Shown here one piece after another: positions 7,760 to 17,651 of a stretch of DNA of 64,000 nucleotides; position 1 is the first letter of the stretch, and each line of letters opens with the position of its first letter. Source of the stretch: a virus; the IMG/VR virus record IMGVR_UViG_3300037549_000096; one strand, 5' to 3'. The position numbers and the translations under genes are program-made. The notes under the pieces were generated by a model. That model saw only the letters and a list, made by a program, of their open reading frames with translations, ran no database searches and was not told the origin of the DNA.

Positions 7760-9604
7760 ATGTTAAAAGAAGCTTTTATTACTGATATGTTTCCTACTGA
7801 ACAAAAGGTTAGGCTTTCTGAGAATTCAGCAGCTTGGCCCGAAACTATCAATTCTTTAATTTTACGTAAATATCCTGAATTAGCTAATTATATTGATAAA
7901 ATTGTCTTTAGTCATTTAGATAAGATTAAAGGTAATTCTATTGGATATGTTACGACGATTAATAATATTTTTAAAATTCCATTTGTCGTAGATAAGTTTA
8001 CTCTTAGTCCTCTTGATGTTTTTATTAAGGGTAATGTTTATGGTCATCTTTCAACTGATTCTATTAAAAAGTTAGTATCGAATTCTTGGCCTTTTAAACA
8101 AGTTAGCAAGAATGATTTTGTACAATTAAAAAAGTTAGCGGCTACAAGTCTTACTGATATTGATGTTGAAACTATTACAAAAAATCCAGAACTTGTTAAA
8201 TTAGCTGAAGAATTAGCTAATGAATACCCTGAAGTAATTATTAATTTAAGTACGAATTTAGATAATGTACAAATATTGAAACAAGCTGGTCTTGATCCTT
8301 ATGGTCATGAAAAAGTAGCTGCTTTAGAATTAAATCATACTAGAACTGGTATTATTTTACAACATTTTGGCAAAGTAGATGAAACGCTTTCTTTAGGTGA
8401 ATGTGCAGCTAGATTCGGGGAAGAGAAAGTAGCACAAGTTTTATATCATGGTTATATTCCTACTGTACTTCGTGAAATCATGGTTAAGACAGCCGATGAA
8501 CTTAATCCTATTCAATTTAAATTTGATGTTAACTTACCTAGAACAGTAAATATCGCTGACGGTGTTGGTGGTTTCGTTCGTGGTAATATGTATGAACTTA
8601 GAGATATTAAAACTCCAAATAGAAAAGAAGGTCATATTTTCTTAAGTACTCGCGCTAAAGATCCTGTTTATATGACAATCTTTACGCCTCCTGCTAAAGA
8701 CCGTATTTATTCAATTGCAGAACGAGCTACTTTAGGTGATATCGTAGATGATCTTTCTAGGTCTTCTGGTAAGGCGGGACAAGCTTTAGCTATCTTATTA
8801 GGTGATATCGTTTATGGTCCCTTTGATTTAATCACTGAAGCTGTTAACGGAAATACTCATATTCTCTCTATTAAAGATGGTTATGAATATGATTCTAAAC
8901 GTATTCATATTACTAATGATGTTAAATCAATCGTTGTTGAAGGTGATGAGATTTACGTGCCTAAACATGCGAAAGTTTTATGTTTAGGTGAACCTTATCA
9001 AATGGAGCATCCATTACACAAAGCCGCTGCTCTTGCTGTAACGGTAGCTGTTTCTCCTGATAAGCAATCTTATAATATTATCGATGCAGGTGTAAGCGGA
9101 TTACCTGCTGGATCTTTACAGAATATTAAGAAAACTAAAGCAACGACAGCTTTAATGCATTGCGGATTGAGCGAAGTGGAAGCTAAACAGGCTCTTTCTA
9201 ATGCAGCGACTACTGGTGTTCATAAATTTAACGCTACTCCTACTGCTACTCAATCTGAAACTCAAACTAGAGATGAAGTACAATCATTATCTAGTAAGAA
9301 AATTTTAGAGAAGAAAGCTGAAATGATTCGTAAGATTATGGAAAAATCAGAGTTTATTAAAATAGCCATGAATTACGGAGATGAAGAAAGTGTGGATATG
9401 GCACTTGGTCTTAATTTAGTAACTCCTACTAGCGTCAAAAAATATCGTATTTTGATTCCGAAAATTGAAGATACGATTGACGGTTTGAGTAAATTACTTA
9501 TGGCAAAACGTGTAGGTGGTTCTATAATTCCTTTAGACGAAGGTAAGCTTACCTCCGCTATTTCAGATCTTCATACCGTCATGTGTGAACTCACCGGGAT
9601 CTAG
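7760..9604 (+). CDS. 614-aa K-x-A-rich protein, probable virion/head protein
   Basis: Long ORF with RBS and about 12 K-x-A sites (LKEA, KKLAA, VKLAE, LKQAG, EKVAA, VKTAD, HKAAA, EKKAE, IKIAM). Function is inferred. Confidence 0.6.
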   Translation: MLKEAFITDMFPTEQKVRLSENSAAWPETINSLILRKYPELANYIDKIVFSHLDKIKGNSIGYVTTINNIFKIPFVVDKFTLSPLDVFIKGNVYGHLSTDSIKKLVSNSWPFKQVSKNDFVQLKKLAATSLTDIDVETITKNPELVKLAEELANEYPEVIINLSTNLDNVQILKQAGLDPYGHEKVAALELNHTRTGIILQHFGKVDETLSLGECAARFGEEKVAQVLYHGYIPTVLREIMVKTADELNPIQFKFDVNLPRTVNIADGVGGFVRGNMYELRDIKTPNRKEGHIFLSTRAKDPVYMTIFTPPAKDRIYSIAERATLGDIVDDLSRSSGKAGQALAILLGDIVYGPFDLITEAVNGNTHILSIKDGYEYDSKRIHITNDVKSIVVEGDEIYVPKHAKVLCLGEPYQMEHPLHKAAALAVTVAVSPDKQSYNIIDAGVSGLPAGSLQNIKKTKATTALMHCGLSEVEAKQALSNAATTGVHKFNATPTATQSETQTRDEVQSLSSKKILEKKAEMIRKIMEKSEFIKIAMNYGDEESVDMALGLNLVTPTSVKKYRILIPKIEDTIDGLSKLLMAKRVGGSIIPLDEGKLTSAISDLHTVMCELTGI

Positions 9605-10475
9605 CTTGCAGAAATCTCCTTTTGGAAAAGCTCTATTATATTTGGCTGTGGTTGAATGCAAGATTAATTTCGAGCAACCTAGCCTCATGGAGTTTGTTCA
9701 AAAGTTGAGTATGTATTTCCCATTTATATCTATTGATTCTCCCTTTGGTTATGTTCAAGATCGTTTAGATCGCATTAGTAACTTACCTGCTACGATTATT
9801 AGAGGTAATTACAATAAACAGGCACTACTAAAATTTCTAAAAGAAACTGATCTAATTAATTTACATGAACTTCTACCTAGACAACAATTTCAAGATTTAC
9901 TTTATGACGTAGATTTGCGACGTAAAGTAGATGGTATGTCTTTATGTGGTTTTCGGCATCAAGAGATAGAACTTGAAATTAAACAATATATTACCGATAT
10001 TGATCCAGTAGTTGTTAAAACGTATCTTAATTGTTTTGCTGATTTTTCTAATATGACTTATGACGAAAAACGAAACTTTGTTATTAATACTTTTGAAGAA
10101 CCTGCCGAAAAAATAACATATGTAAAGTGTTTAGAAAATAAATCTAGGGATATAATTAGAGCATATCTAGGTGTTAATACAAGAGTTTTTAATCCAATTG
10201 AAATGATTAATAGATATGCTCAGATTATTACTATTAAAATTAATGAGGGATTAAGAGAAAGTGATGAAGTTAAGTTACAGGGTTATATCAAATTAGGACT
10301 TAGATCAGCGGAAACATTAGATAAATTTGGTGTTGGTAATAAAGATGCTGCTGAATTGTTACTTGCTGCATTAGCTAAAAAGCCAGAAGAAATAGGATTG
10401 AATACACCTAAACCAATGTCAGTAGAACAACTAGAAGATATGTACTTAGAGCAACAAAAACCACCAGTGATGTAA
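9585..10475 (+). CDS. Hypothetical helical protein co-transcribed with the RNAP (start uncertain)
   Basis: 296-aa ORF followed by a terminator. No family recognised. Confidence 0.7.
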   Translation: MNSPGSSLQKSPFGKALLYLAVVECKINFEQPSLMEFVQKLSMYFPFISIDSPFGYVQDRLDRISNLPATIIRGNYNKQALLKFLKETDLINLHELLPRQQFQDLLYDVDLRRKVDGMSLCGFRHQEIELEIKQYITDIDPVVVKTYLNCFADFSNMTYDEKRNFVINTFEEPAEKITYVKCLENKSRDIIRAYLGVNTRVFNPIEMINRYAQIITIKINEGLRESDEVKLQGYIKLGLRSAETLDKFGVGNKDAAELLLAALAKKPEEIGLNTPKPMSVEQLEDMYLEQQKPPVM

Positions 10476-10497
10476 AATGACCAATATCTAAAAAAAT

Positions 10498-10530
10498 AAT
10501 AAGCCCCTAATTGTTAGGGGCTTATTTCTT
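10498..10530 (+). terminator. Intrinsic terminator, possibly bidirectional
   Basis: Perfect 13-bp stem aataagcccctaa-ttg-ttaggggcttatt, with T-rich 3' and A-rich 5' flanks. Confidence 0.85.
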
Positions 10531-10542
10531 TAAGGAGTTTTA

Positions 10543-10749
10543 ATGTCAAAGAACGATCTTAAGAATATAGCTTTTGATTATGAATGTTCAACACCATGCA
10601 AAACATGTAGAAAACGAACATCGTGCTTAGTCCGACCAAAAGAAGGAAAATGCACAAGCCACGAAGAAGGAACTCCTTGGGTGATGCCATATAGGGAACC
10701 TGTAATAAAAGATCCGATTGAAGAAATTATCTATAAGCGAAACTTATAA
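10543..10749 (+). CDS. Small Cys-rich protein
   Basis: AAGGAG RBS. CxxC...C...C pattern. Confidence 0.7.
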   Translation: MSKNDLKNIAFDYECSTPCKTCRKRTSCLVRPKEGKCTSHEEGTPWVMPYREPVIKDPIEEIIYKRNL

Positions 10750-10889
10750 ACTTCGATCTTCTTACCATTTTCAATTCGCGTTTCAATAGGCTTATCAATT
10801 TCGATTGGTTTAACCTCCACTGGCTTAGGTTTATTTACAACCTTAGCTAGTGGAGGTTTTGGTTTATTTCCATATCGATATCTCACCAT
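10731..10889 (-). CDS. Small Pro/Lys-rich protein (52 aa; not in track), last gene of the minus-strand block
   Basis: MVRYRYGNKPKPPLAKVVNKPKPVEVKPIEIDKPIETRIENGKKIEVYKFRL*, overlapping the upstream stop. Confidence 0.5.
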   Translation of the reverse strand: MVRYRYGNKPKPPLAKVVNKPKPVEVKPIEIDKPIETRIENGKKIEVYKFRL

Positions 10890-11602
10890 TTTGTTTTCTT
10901 AGTCCTTTTGCAATGAAGAATTTGATTATCTCCAATATTAAATCCATACCAAATAAAATTATCTGGTCCCATAAACCAAACATGTGTTTTCTTTCCGCCC
11001 CAATTATGTTTTGTTTCATAAAAACGGAAAGAACGAAATAAAATTGTTGTAAATAAAAGAATTTTAATAAAATTAGATGATACTGGATGTTTACCTTGAG
11101 CAGATAATTCATTAAAATAATTTGTAATATCTTTTTGAGTAGCGTAATTCATATATAATGTAATTTTACCAGTTTCGACCATTCGTTCTTTAGTTTTCTT
11201 ATCAGCACATTCAGGGCAAATTAAATTATTACCATCAATCGCATAAGATACAAATGTATCTTTTGGAATATGCTTCATTTGTTTACATTCTTGACAAATA
11301 AACTTAGTAGGTCGTTCACCTGTCTTATTCATATATAAATTCCAATCGCCACTATGACGAAGGGGGTGAAGCATGGCATCTTCTTCTGTTAAACACCAAT
11401 CTTGCTTATTTGTTTCTGTAATATATCCAGAATTATAAAGTCCATGTTTAATTGGAATCTCAAAACGTTCAGGTGATCGTTTCCATAACTTGCAAGCACC
11501 ATTAACTCTAGCGCGTAGTGGTAAGTTATCAGAACCGCGTAAGTCTTGATGATAAACCGTATTTCGATAGGTTAACTGTTTTGCCTCTTCAACATTTATC
11601 AT
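10883..11602 (-). CDS. Hypothetical protein with central CxxC...CxxC
   Basis: 239-aa ORF in the co-oriented run. Confidence 0.75.
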   Translation of the reverse strand: MINVEEAKQLTYRNTVYHQDLRGSDNLPLRARVNGACKLWKRSPERFEIPIKHGLYNSGYITETNKQDWCLTEEDAMLHPLRHSGDWNLYMNKTGERPTKFICQECKQMKHIPKDTFVSYAIDGNNLICPECADKKTKERMVETGKITLYMNYATQKDITNYFNELSAQGKHPVSSNFIKILLFTTILFRSFRFYETKHNWGGKKTHVWFMGPDNFIWYGFNIGDNQILHCKRTKKTKW

Positions 11603-11837
11603 ATAGTTTTCTTCCTAAAAGAGCTATACCTTTACCTAATAATGTAAAAATAATAACTAAAGGCCAAACTACAGTTATCACAAACAATAATCCTTGTTCT
11701 AAATTATCTCTACTTTCAAATAACATAGAAAGCCAATTAAACTTCATGTGTAAAGTTTTAATAATAAAAGCCCCAGCTACTAAATATAAACTAAAATAAC
11801 AAGTTATACCTACTATATGTAATAAAACATTCATGTT

Positions 11838-12022
11838 ATACACCCTAATTCTCTAATTCAACTTTAACACCTTTAACTCTTTTATGAGCTACGGTAAACG
11901 TATTATTCAAATAATATTCTTCAGCTTCTTTTAAAGTTGCATTGATGCCAGTATAAAGATAATTACCATCTTCAAATGTAACTTTAATATGAATCATATC
12001 ATACACCCTAATTCTCTAATTC
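11838..12022. repeat. 22-bp perfect direct repeat (11838-11859 and 12001-12022)
   Basis: atacaccctaattctctaattc occurs twice, bracketing the 50-aa gene. Confidence 0.9.
11845..11997 (-). CDS. Small protein (50 aa; not in track), paralog of 12687-12869
   Basis: MIHIKVTFEDGNYLYTGINATLKEAEEYYLNN... matches IHIIFKDGYKYWTTSTRKTFEEVKDYYLNH. Confidence 0.7.
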   Translation of the reverse strand: MIHIKVTFEDGNYLYTGINATLKEAEEYYLNNTFTVAHKRVKGVKVELEN

Positions 12023-12460
12023 TAAAATTACATTTATCACAAGTGTATAATTTAGATCGTTCTACCATAATTCCATTACATCCAATAGAGGGACAAGAAA
12101 ATTCATTTAACAATGTAGCTAATGCACGAGCTTGATTAATATCAGAATTAGCAAAACAATCAGATAAAATATTAGTAGTAAAAGCCATTCCATCACGTAA
12201 AATTTTTAATCTAGTTTGATCTAATCTAACCCATTGTCTCCAAAGACTTAAATATTCTTCCCATAAATTACATTCTCTAATAGGTGGTTTACCTTTTCCT
12301 AATTTCCAATTTCTACCACCTGGATCATAACCTTTTACATCACATTGATAATGTTGCTCAATAGAACGTCCATCTGATAAAATAGCGTAAAAAGCTGAAT
12401 ATCTTTATCACCTTTGGAGGATACTTCATAACCATTATAACGTTGCCAAATATATTTCAT
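11994..12460 (-). pseudogene. Frameshifted gene of about 155 aa (possibly NADAR-like)
   Basis: Adding one A (minus strand) at about 12404-12406 gives MKYIWQRYNGYEVSSKGDKRYSAFYAILSDGRSIEQHYQCDVKG..., running in frame into the track ORF 11994-12188. Confidence 0.7.
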
Positions 12461-15288
12461 GGAATAAAACCACAAACAATAACTTTAGTGTCAGGTTCTA
12501 CTTGATCAACTGGAAATTCAGTTAATGCATCTTTATCTTCTAATGAATTAATAAAGTCACAAGCTGCATTAGAACAGTCAGCACTATTAATGTATTGATT
12601 ATTGAATTCTGAAAAATCACCTTCTTTTACAAAGAATTTAATATCATTCAAACCCATTGAATCATAAATGACGATGGTTTTCATTTCTAAGTCCCTTCTG
12701 GAATCGACCATAATAGTTTTACATCAACTATTTTGTCTTTATCAGGTATGTTATCGCCTAAGTTATTTGGATGATTAAGATAATAATCTTTTACTTCTTC
12801 AAAAGTTTTTCTAGTAGAAGTTGTCCAGTATTTATAACCATCTTTAAATATGATGTGAATCCCCATCATTGTACATTCCTAAATAGATTTTATGACGCCA
12901 AGTTTGAAATACAAAACCATTGTTCATTGTTTTAGGAAATATAAATTCTATTGAACGGCCTCTAATTCCATATAATCCTGACTTTGGATAAATCATATGA
13001 TTTTTAAATGATTGTTGATGTTTTTGAACATCATCATATAATTCTGAAGCAAATTCGTAGTCTTCCCACCATTTCATCATACGTAATCCGAACATTTATG
13101 GTTTAAATAAACGATAGGTAATAACTCCACTGTGCAATCCTTAAATTCTGGATTTCCTCGTAACCAATGTTCTACCATATTTTTATTAGTATTGCATTGT
13201 GGAGAAGTGTGATTAGGTTTAAAGAATAAAACATTTCTATCTTTAGTTACAATCCACCAAGACTCTTGATAACAAATACGATTTGGTTTTGGAAATAAAA
13301 TATCACTTAAAGGAACTTCATAAAACCTATTCATACATTAACCTTATTCAACTATTCTTAACTTGAGTCATTGCCCAATCTAATCTTTCAGGTTCCATAT
13401 TATCTACTACGTAATTAATATCTAATTTTAAAGTATCTTCAACAGAGCGTTTTCCGTTATTACGTCCATACATTAATTTGAAATTATTAAGTTCATGTTC
13501 TGTTAATTGAGATAACCCATCTTTAATAATTTGTCGAGCAATGGATTGTAGTTCACTGTTCATCTTCATTCTCCTGTTCGCCTTCGAGAACTTTTATACT
13601 TTTAATTAAAGATAAACATGCAGATCTAGATTGTCCATTACTATTTTTTCTCCATAATTGACCAGCTATTATTCTGCATGTAGACAATACATCTTGTTGT
13701 ATACCTAAAATCACTTCCTCTGGAGGTCTTGTCTTTAATTCTTCTAGCCAAAAATCAACATTTAACATATTAAGACCTAGTAAACACAGGACCAGGAAGT
13801 AAAGGTGAAATGAAAGTTTTCTTACACGTAGGACAAATGTAAGGAACTTGTGGCGGGTTAGAAGTAACATTAAATGGACCAGATTGTTGTAATTCTGTAT
13901 TAATACATGTATCACAGTAACAAATATTCATTGATACAGTAACAGGAATACTTTTGATTACGGGTGCTGACATTTAATCCTCCAAATAAGAATCGTGAAT
14001 TTCCCAAGCCTCAAAAACAAGATAGTCATTATCTTGTTTGGCTTCTGTAAAATTTCTACAACCTCGATTAACGTCTAAAGTAGGAAAACGTTGACGAGCT
14101 TCTACTATATTTTCAAATTCAAATTCACCATTTCTAGTGATAACTCTAACCTTGGTTAGAGTCTCTCTAAAAGACATTTTATTCTTCTCCTAATTCTTTA
14201 ACTTCTAAAATTACACTACCGGGATGAGCTAATTTAGTTAATATTTTAGCATGTTCTATATTTTGTGCTTCACATAAAAATTGTTCCTTTAACCCTTCAC
14301 TTCCCCATGTAAAATTAACCGCATAAGGAAATGTTTTATGAGGATCTTGCACTTCTTCTTGTTCTGCAAAACTTTCAACCATTAAAGCTTCATTAAGATA
14401 TTCTTCCATCATATGACGCATAACTGTTAAGAATGTTTGAAATCCAGTTTCTTTTTCTTCTACAAATACTTCTTCGATATCAACAGGTTCATTAAATCCA
14501 TCACCAGTTGTTTTTAATATAAGAATTTCGTGTCTAAAACCTTTACGTTTCATTGTTCCAGGCATAATAATAGTTGCAACATCATATTCATGATTAAATT
14601 TAATGATTCTAAACCAACCAAAATCAATACCACAAATTGCTAATTCACCATAACCTTCGATATCTATTGATTTAATAGTTAACCAACGAAGAGTTTCAGG
14701 TATATCTAAAATCTTAATATATTTTTTAAATTCTTTCTCTAATGGATTAATTGATTGTGTGTGAAGTTCGCTCATGTTAACCTTAAAAATAAAGATTTAT
14801 GTTATTTTTTAAACTGTTAGTTATTTTATTAAAAATTTGATCTTTAATTTCTGTTAATCGCTTAGGATTATTTTTTAAAAAATCAACAATAGTAGGTAGG
14901 TCAATATTATTACTTCTATTATAGTAAATTTGATATTTTAATTTTTCACGAAACTTTTTTTGTTTTCCTTCTTTTTGATATCTATTAAAATTAACTAATT
15001 TAATCTCTAATTCTTCATTAATATAAAATTCGTATTCATCTTTAATAATTTTATCATCTAATTTAGTTTCAAATTCACATATAACTTTCATTTGCAACTC
15101 GTAAAATGTAAACCTGCGATATAAGTAGGAGATTGACCTACTTTTTTAATAGGTTTATCACTAATATAAGTAAGAAGCGCATTGCATTTATTACAAAAAA
15201 CAATACCTTCTCTAAATCTATGACCCGGAATATGATTGTTAGATTTAGCTATTTCGATAGCTTGTTTGTGTTCTTGTAGAAGATCCAT
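12457..15288 (-). other. Run of about 11 small, tightly coupled hypothetical early genes
   Basis: Consecutive minus-strand ORFs of 60-198 aa with overlapping or abutting start/stop codons. Several carry CxxC motifs. Confidence 0.75.
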
Positions 15289-16374
15289 TTATTTCTCCTT
15301 ATTTTTGAGGTAATTATCCAACCAGGGTTCAATTTTAGTTTTAACAATTTCGTTATATTCATCAAGTAAATTTTGAGGAATAATACGATTGTTTGCTATT
15401 GATTGAAGTTCTTTTTGAATATCGGGGTCAACATGAAAAGTTGAATAATTATGAGCTTTTTTATGACATTTATTACATAATGTAATTAAATTTTTAACAT
15501 CATAAACTAGTTTTAAAGATTCTTTATTATTATAATTGGTTTTAGAAACCATTTGAATATGATGAACTTCAAAATTTTCATTTTTAACATTACATTTTTT
15601 GCATATAAAATTATCTAATTTTAAAATTAGAAATTTAATCGGATTTACTAAAGATGCTCTAATTAATAAAGACTCTATCGTAGCATACTGTTCTTCTTTT
15701 AAACCTTTACTTATTCGTTGTTTAATATGATATTTTTTGAGTCTTTTAATAGCGTTTTTACGTTTTAAACATCCACAAGAGGTTGTTGTTCCGTTGAATA
15801 TATTACTGGCTTGAGCTATAAATTCAACTTGTGGATCATGATATGGACATAAACAAACCCAATTATCATTACATGAATCATTTTCAATATTTAATGGTTC
15901 TATAATTAAAACTTTAGTTTTAGAATTTAAATAATTATAATAATTATATTTTCTTTTATTTATTCCGGTTTGTTTCATAGATTTTAAAAAATTACACTTA
16001 CATGATGTAGTTTTACCTTTTAAAGCATTAACTGAAGTTTCAAATATTTTTCCACAATGACATTTTATCTTCCATTGATCATTACATGTTATATGATTTT
16101 GATTAATTGGTTCTAGAATAGTGCAGTTATGAAATATCTGTCCTATCCAGTTTATTTTTCTAGCTTCTTGTATTTTTGTTAAATGTTTTTCTAGTATACA
16201 ACTACATGATTTAGTTTGTCCTGATTTTAAATCCGCTGCTCTACTTTCAAAATAATTACCACAATGACATTTAATTAACCATAAGCTTTGACCTGTAACG
16301 CAATTCTCATCAACTGGTTCAAGTATCTTACAGTTGTTGAAAACTTGTCCTTTCCAGTTGATGAGTTTTGGCAT
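15289..16374 (-). CDS. HNH homing endonuclease with repeated N-terminal DNA-binding modules
   Basis: Repeats INWxGQxFxNCxILEP...WxIKCHCG...SCxC. C-terminal CKKC..EVHHI..NLITLCNKCH. Confidence 0.9.
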   Translation of the reverse strand: MPKLINWKGQVFNNCKILEPVDENCVTGQSLWLIKCHCGNYFESRAADLKSGQTKSCSCILEKHLTKIQEARKINWIGQIFHNCTILEPINQNHITCNDQWKIKCHCGKIFETSVNALKGKTTSCKCNFLKSMKQTGINKRKYNYYNYLNSKTKVLIIEPLNIENDSCNDNWVCLCPYHDPQVEFIAQASNIFNGTTTSCGCLKRKNAIKRLKKYHIKQRISKGLKEEQYATIESLLIRASLVNPIKFLILKLDNFICKKCNVKNENFEVHHIQMVSKTNYNNKESLKLVYDVKNLITLCNKCHKKAHNYSTFHVDPDIQKELQSIANNRIIPQNLLDEYNEIVKTKIEPWLDNYLKNKEK

Positions 16375-16376
16375 AT

Positions 16377-17651
16377 TTAATCTCCAGAAAGTCGAAACTT
16401 TACAGCATTAGGATGTCTATATGACACATTATCTTTTGTCATTCCTTGATGTTTTATTTCTAGTCTTTGATCAATAAACTTGTGCTGGTGAGTCCAGATA
16501 TATTCAAGTTCTGCATCTGTAATATTACCAGTAGCACAATCAAATTCTCGATCTTCATCATCTATACAATTAAAAGAACCCAATACATCATCTTGTGTTT
16601 TTGATTCTTTCAAACCTACTACAGTTACTTCTTTATCAAGCCAAGGTTTATGTTTTAAAGTAAATGGTGATCTTTTTGACCCTGAAGATGGAAGATAAAC
16701 ATGATCTAATGTTTTAGCAACAATTCCTTCATATCCTTGTGAAAGAAAGTGTTCATAATAATTATCTACAGTATTTAACCAATCTTGTTCATTAGTAAAA
16801 CTACCAATATTTATACTTTCTACTAATCTTACTGATAATTGATCCTTAGACGATAGAGATTCAACAAATCCCTTGACTCTACTATAACATGTCTCATAAG
16901 TATCAGTATGTTTTTCTGATTCCCATTGTAAAATATCATAAATACCAAATAGAGTATAGATAGCTTCTTTACATTGTTTACCATTTTTACGTCTAATCGC
17001 GCCAGTAGCTTCAAGCGAATCTTTATATTCCACTTCTCCATCAAAAACAACGTTTCCTTGATATTTATTAAGAATATCAACTATATGTTGTAATGCGGTA
17101 TTTTCATGACCTCCCCTTGATAATAATTTTGTTAAATTATGTTTAATACCTATAATTCTATTTCCGTCAATTTTAGGCTGTAAAAACCAAGCCTTATTGA
17201 ATGAAATTTTACCTTTAGCTTTTTTAAGTGCTAGACAAAGATGAACTTTAAATTGTGGAACGAAAAAATGTTCACTTCTCTTATTTAAATCAGTTAACCC
17301 AATGCCTATCCTTGGATTACTTTGGAGTATGTCACAAAACATACTAAACTGATAATCGTTTAAACGATTACCAAAATTGCAGCAAGCATTAATAGCTGCA
17401 TTTCCTGTTAAAGTTCTATTTGCAAGTTTTTCTAAAAGTGATTCTAATTCTTCATTAGATGGAGTTTCTAAAGTAGAATCGTAAAGTCTAAGTTCTGGTA
17501 AGCGTACTACAGAAACCAAAAAAGTAACCATCGGATCAAAGATCATTTTAAGAATCCGACCGCAACCATTAGTAACGCAGTTATCGATTAACATTGCTTT
17601 ATCTGTTTTGGTTGGTGCGTCAGCAATGTCATATAGGTCGTCGATGATCAT
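16377..17651 (-). CDS. ATP-dependent DNA ligase
   Basis: Motif I QPKIDGNR, LLSRGG, motif III FDGEV, motif IV EGIVAK, motif V LKHKP, and C-terminal OB fold (RHPNAVKFR). Confidence 0.93.
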   Translation of the reverse strand: MIIDDLYDIADAPTKTDKAMLIDNCVTNGCGRILKMIFDPMVTFLVSVVRLPELRLYDSTLETPSNEELESLLEKLANRTLTGNAAINACCNFGNRLNDYQFSMFCDILQSNPRIGIGLTDLNKRSEHFFVPQFKVHLCLALKKAKGKISFNKAWFLQPKIDGNRIIGIKHNLTKLLSRGGHENTALQHIVDILNKYQGNVVFDGEVEYKDSLEATGAIRRKNGKQCKEAIYTLFGIYDILQWESEKHTDTYETCYSRVKGFVESLSSKDQLSVRLVESINIGSFTNEQDWLNTVDNYYEHFLSQGYEGIVAKTLDHVYLPSSGSKRSPFTLKHKPWLDKEVTVVGLKESKTQDDVLGSFNCIDDEDREFDCATGNITDAELEYIWTHQHKFIDQRLEIKHQGMTKDNVSYRHPNAVKFRLSGD

